The position numbers were made by a program, and so were the translations under genes. A stretch of DNA of 64,000 nucleotides from Vicinamibacterales bacterium (GTDB lineage Bacteria > Acidobacteriota > Vicinamibacteria > Vicinamibacterales > UBA8438): assembly GCA_965200475.1 (NCBI GenBank), contig CBDAUL010000007.1, positions 242,516 through 306,515 of the forward strand, in the 5' to 3' direction. Position 1 is the first letter of the stretch. Every line of letters starts with the position of its first letter. The notes under the pieces are model-generated. The model saw nothing but the letters and a program-made list of their open reading frames with translations. It did not search any database and had not been told where the DNA came from. Shown piece by piece: positions 62,302 to 64,000 of the stretch.

Positions 62302-62453
62302 GACCGGCGTCGACTCGTCGGCGCTCGGACGGTCGAGGCGCCGCGCGGGCGCTGGCGCGCCGGCTTCATCGTTATAATCGGTCGAGTGCACGCCAGCCCG
62401 TGCGGACTCGACATTGCGTGGGCTCCGGCCCACCGTGGAAAGAATGAAAGCTC

Positions 62454-63095
62454 ATGCACCAACCTGCGGCAGTCGTGACGCTGGCGCCAGGACGGCCACC
62501 CGCTGGGCGACAGGGCGGCGTCGGCGACAAACGGGCCGCCATCCTGAGAGCAGCGACGACGGTTTTCGCGCGGCGCGGGTTCTTCAACGCCCAGGTCGCC
62601 GATGTGGCCCGGGAGGCGGGCGTCGCCGCGGGCACCGTCTATCTCTACTTCCGGAGCAAGGACGACCTGTTGATCTCGATCTTCGAGGAGTCGATGAGCA
62701 AAGCGATCGAAGAGACGAAGCTGGCCCTCGACGGCGTCCGCGACCCGGTCGAACGCCTGCGCGTGCTCGCCCGCGGGCATCTCGGCCGACTCGGCAGGCA
62801 GCGCGAGTTGGCAATCGTCTTCCAGGTGGAGCTGCGGCATTCGATGAAGTTCATGGAACGTTTCTCGGCCACGCAGCAGCTCCGAACGTACCTCGATCAC
62901 CTGCGGGACGCTGTGTCCGCCGGGCAGGAGGCCGGCCTGTTTCGCGCCGACCTCAACGCCACGCTGACGGCCAAGGCCATCTTCGGCGCGCTCGACGAGA
63001 TGGTGACCAACTGGGTGCTGAGCAGCCGGGCCCACACACTGGTCGACGAGGCGGACCCGGTCATCGATCTGTTCGTCAACGGAATGAGGGCGTAG
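62454..63095 (+). CDS. TetR/AcrR family transcriptional regulator (FadR/YsiA-like)
   Basis: HTH RAAILRAATTVFARRGFFNAQVADVAREAGVAAGTVYLYFRSKDDL. Confidence 0.9.
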   Translation: MHQPAAVVTLAPGRPPAGRQGGVGDKRAAILRAATTVFARRGFFNAQVADVAREAGVAAGTVYLYFRSKDDLLISIFEESMSKAIEETKLALDGVRDPVERLRVLARGHLGRLGRQRELAIVFQVELRHSMKFMERFSATQQLRTYLDHLRDAVSAGQEAGLFRADLNATLTAKAIFGALDEMVTNWVLSSRAHTLVDEADPVIDLFVNGMRA

Positions 63096-63561
63096 CCGAC
63101 GATCGCCACCTCATGAAGCGGCCCTTGCCCACGTGGTGGGCGGGGCTGTCGAGCGGAGTTGCGCGCGCAGCGATCTGTTCGACCGGCGGCGCGAACTGAT
63201 GGACCGCTGGGCCGCGTTCGTGACCGACGCGGTAACGGGTTGTTCGAGGCTCCCCTGGTCGTGTCGCCAAGCGGGTCGGGCGGGTGGGCGGCGAGAGCCT
63301 CCCGCCCGCGGGCGTGGTGCGGTCTTCCCCGTGGGCGTTGATTCTCCGGGTGATGCGCGAGCGGCGGCGTGGGCGGGTCGAGCGCGTTGACGGAACCCGG
63401 CGTTCGTCCTGGCGGGCGACCCCCGCTCGGTGAGCATCGCCACCGCCTCGCGCGGCGTCAGCCTCCTTCTCCGCCGCCTCGTCGAGCAGGTTGTCGAGCG
63501 GGTCTCCGGCTCGCCGTCAGCGCGCCTTGCCGGCCGCGCCGGGGGGACTGCACTTCGCTCG

Positions 63562-64000
63562 TCATCGGTCTCCCTCCTCGAAACTGCGGACGTAGCGCGA
63601 GACGGTCCATGCCGCGATACCGAGGGCCTTGCCGATCTTCTTGAAGCTGAGGCCCTGGTGGCGGAGCTCGAAGATGCGCGCGACGGTGTCGACCGGGAGC
63701 GGCGGGCGAAAGAAGCCGCGCCGGCTCGACACCCGGCCCGGGCGTCTGAGCGTTACCCGGTCCGCCGGCAGCGGCGTCGCGCGCGGATCGTCGACGTCGG
63801 GGGCGTACTTGGCCAGGTCCTTCCAGTCGAGGCGCGCCCGCTGCGGCCCCTCGGGCATGAACTCGTCGAGGTCCTGGTCGAGGGCGCCGTCGCTGCCCTG
63901 CCAGACCACCTCGCCCTCGGCCGGTGCGCCGGGGGCGGCTGCCGGCAGCGAGGTCAGCTCGGGCTCGGGCCCGCCGCAGACGACCGACACGCCGGTGACG
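63562..64000 (-). CDS. HTH-domain protein, probably 5'-truncated by the window end
   Basis: Very high GC3. A C-terminal resolvase/Hin-type HTH (GLSFKKIGKALGIAAWTVSRYV). The frame is still open at the window edge. Confidence 0.5.
   Translation of the reverse strand, partial: VTGVSVVCGGPEPELTSLPAAAPGAPAEGEVVWQGSDGALDQDLDEFMPEGPQRARLDWKDLAKYAPDVDDPRATPLPADRVTLRRPGRVSSRRGFFRPPLPVDTVARIFELRHQGLSFKKIGKALGIAAWTVSRYVRSFEEGDR

Overview
This is a 64-kb, roughly 70% GC bacterial chromosomal segment. The gene families (PSCyt/DUF1592-DUF1552 pair, several soluble PQQ dehydrogenases, bactofilin, a GC-rich REP-like element) suggest an Acidobacteriota/Gemmatimonadota-like environmental organism; that taxon is inference only. 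Content from left to right: (1) A 5'-truncated RTX Ca-binding protein, a GNAT gene, an HNH/DUF222 endonuclease and a lipoprotein. (2) 6.8-8.0 kb is a patch of gene debris: msrP and nucleotidyltransferase remnants plus two scrambled pieces of an autotransporter translocator. (3) 8-19.5 kb is a periplasmic redox neighbourhood with two PQQ dehydrogenases, a CxxCH PSCyt/DUF1592 protein plus DUF1552, and an ankyrin protein. It also holds a tandem pair from an uncharacterised secreted family that has four paralogues in the window. (4) 19.7-21.6 kb is a lower-GC, frameshifted AAA-ATPase plus small nuclease-like module that looks like a decayed defence system. (5) Next come hydrolases and a DUF4143 ATPase split by an IS, followed by VOC/GMC/Gfo oxidoreductases, a third PQQ dehydrogenase and a bactofilin/ATP-grasp/M20D/rhodanese operon. 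A His-rich TonB-dependent receptor with a Cys-rich partner and an acyl-CoA synthetase complete this stretch. (6) tRNA-Gly(CCC) is abutted by an approximately 8-kb integrase / CI / Cro-Xis / replication(ori iterons) / DnaC / ParB element with no structural genes, whose replication gene is split by a second, identical IS copy. (7) A 7.5-kb FN3 plus cadherin-like autotransporter adhesin gene is interrupted by a frameshift exactly at a G7 tract. (8) The window ends with a low-GC non-coding stretch, a stand-alone small Cys-peptide locus, a TetR regulator and a partial HTH gene. A REP-like element of about 110 bp occurs at least six times in intergenic spaces. Most long ORFs in the six-frame track that lie antisense to these genes are Arg/Pro/Gly-rich artefacts of the high GC content. 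No rRNA genes or CRISPR arrays were seen.
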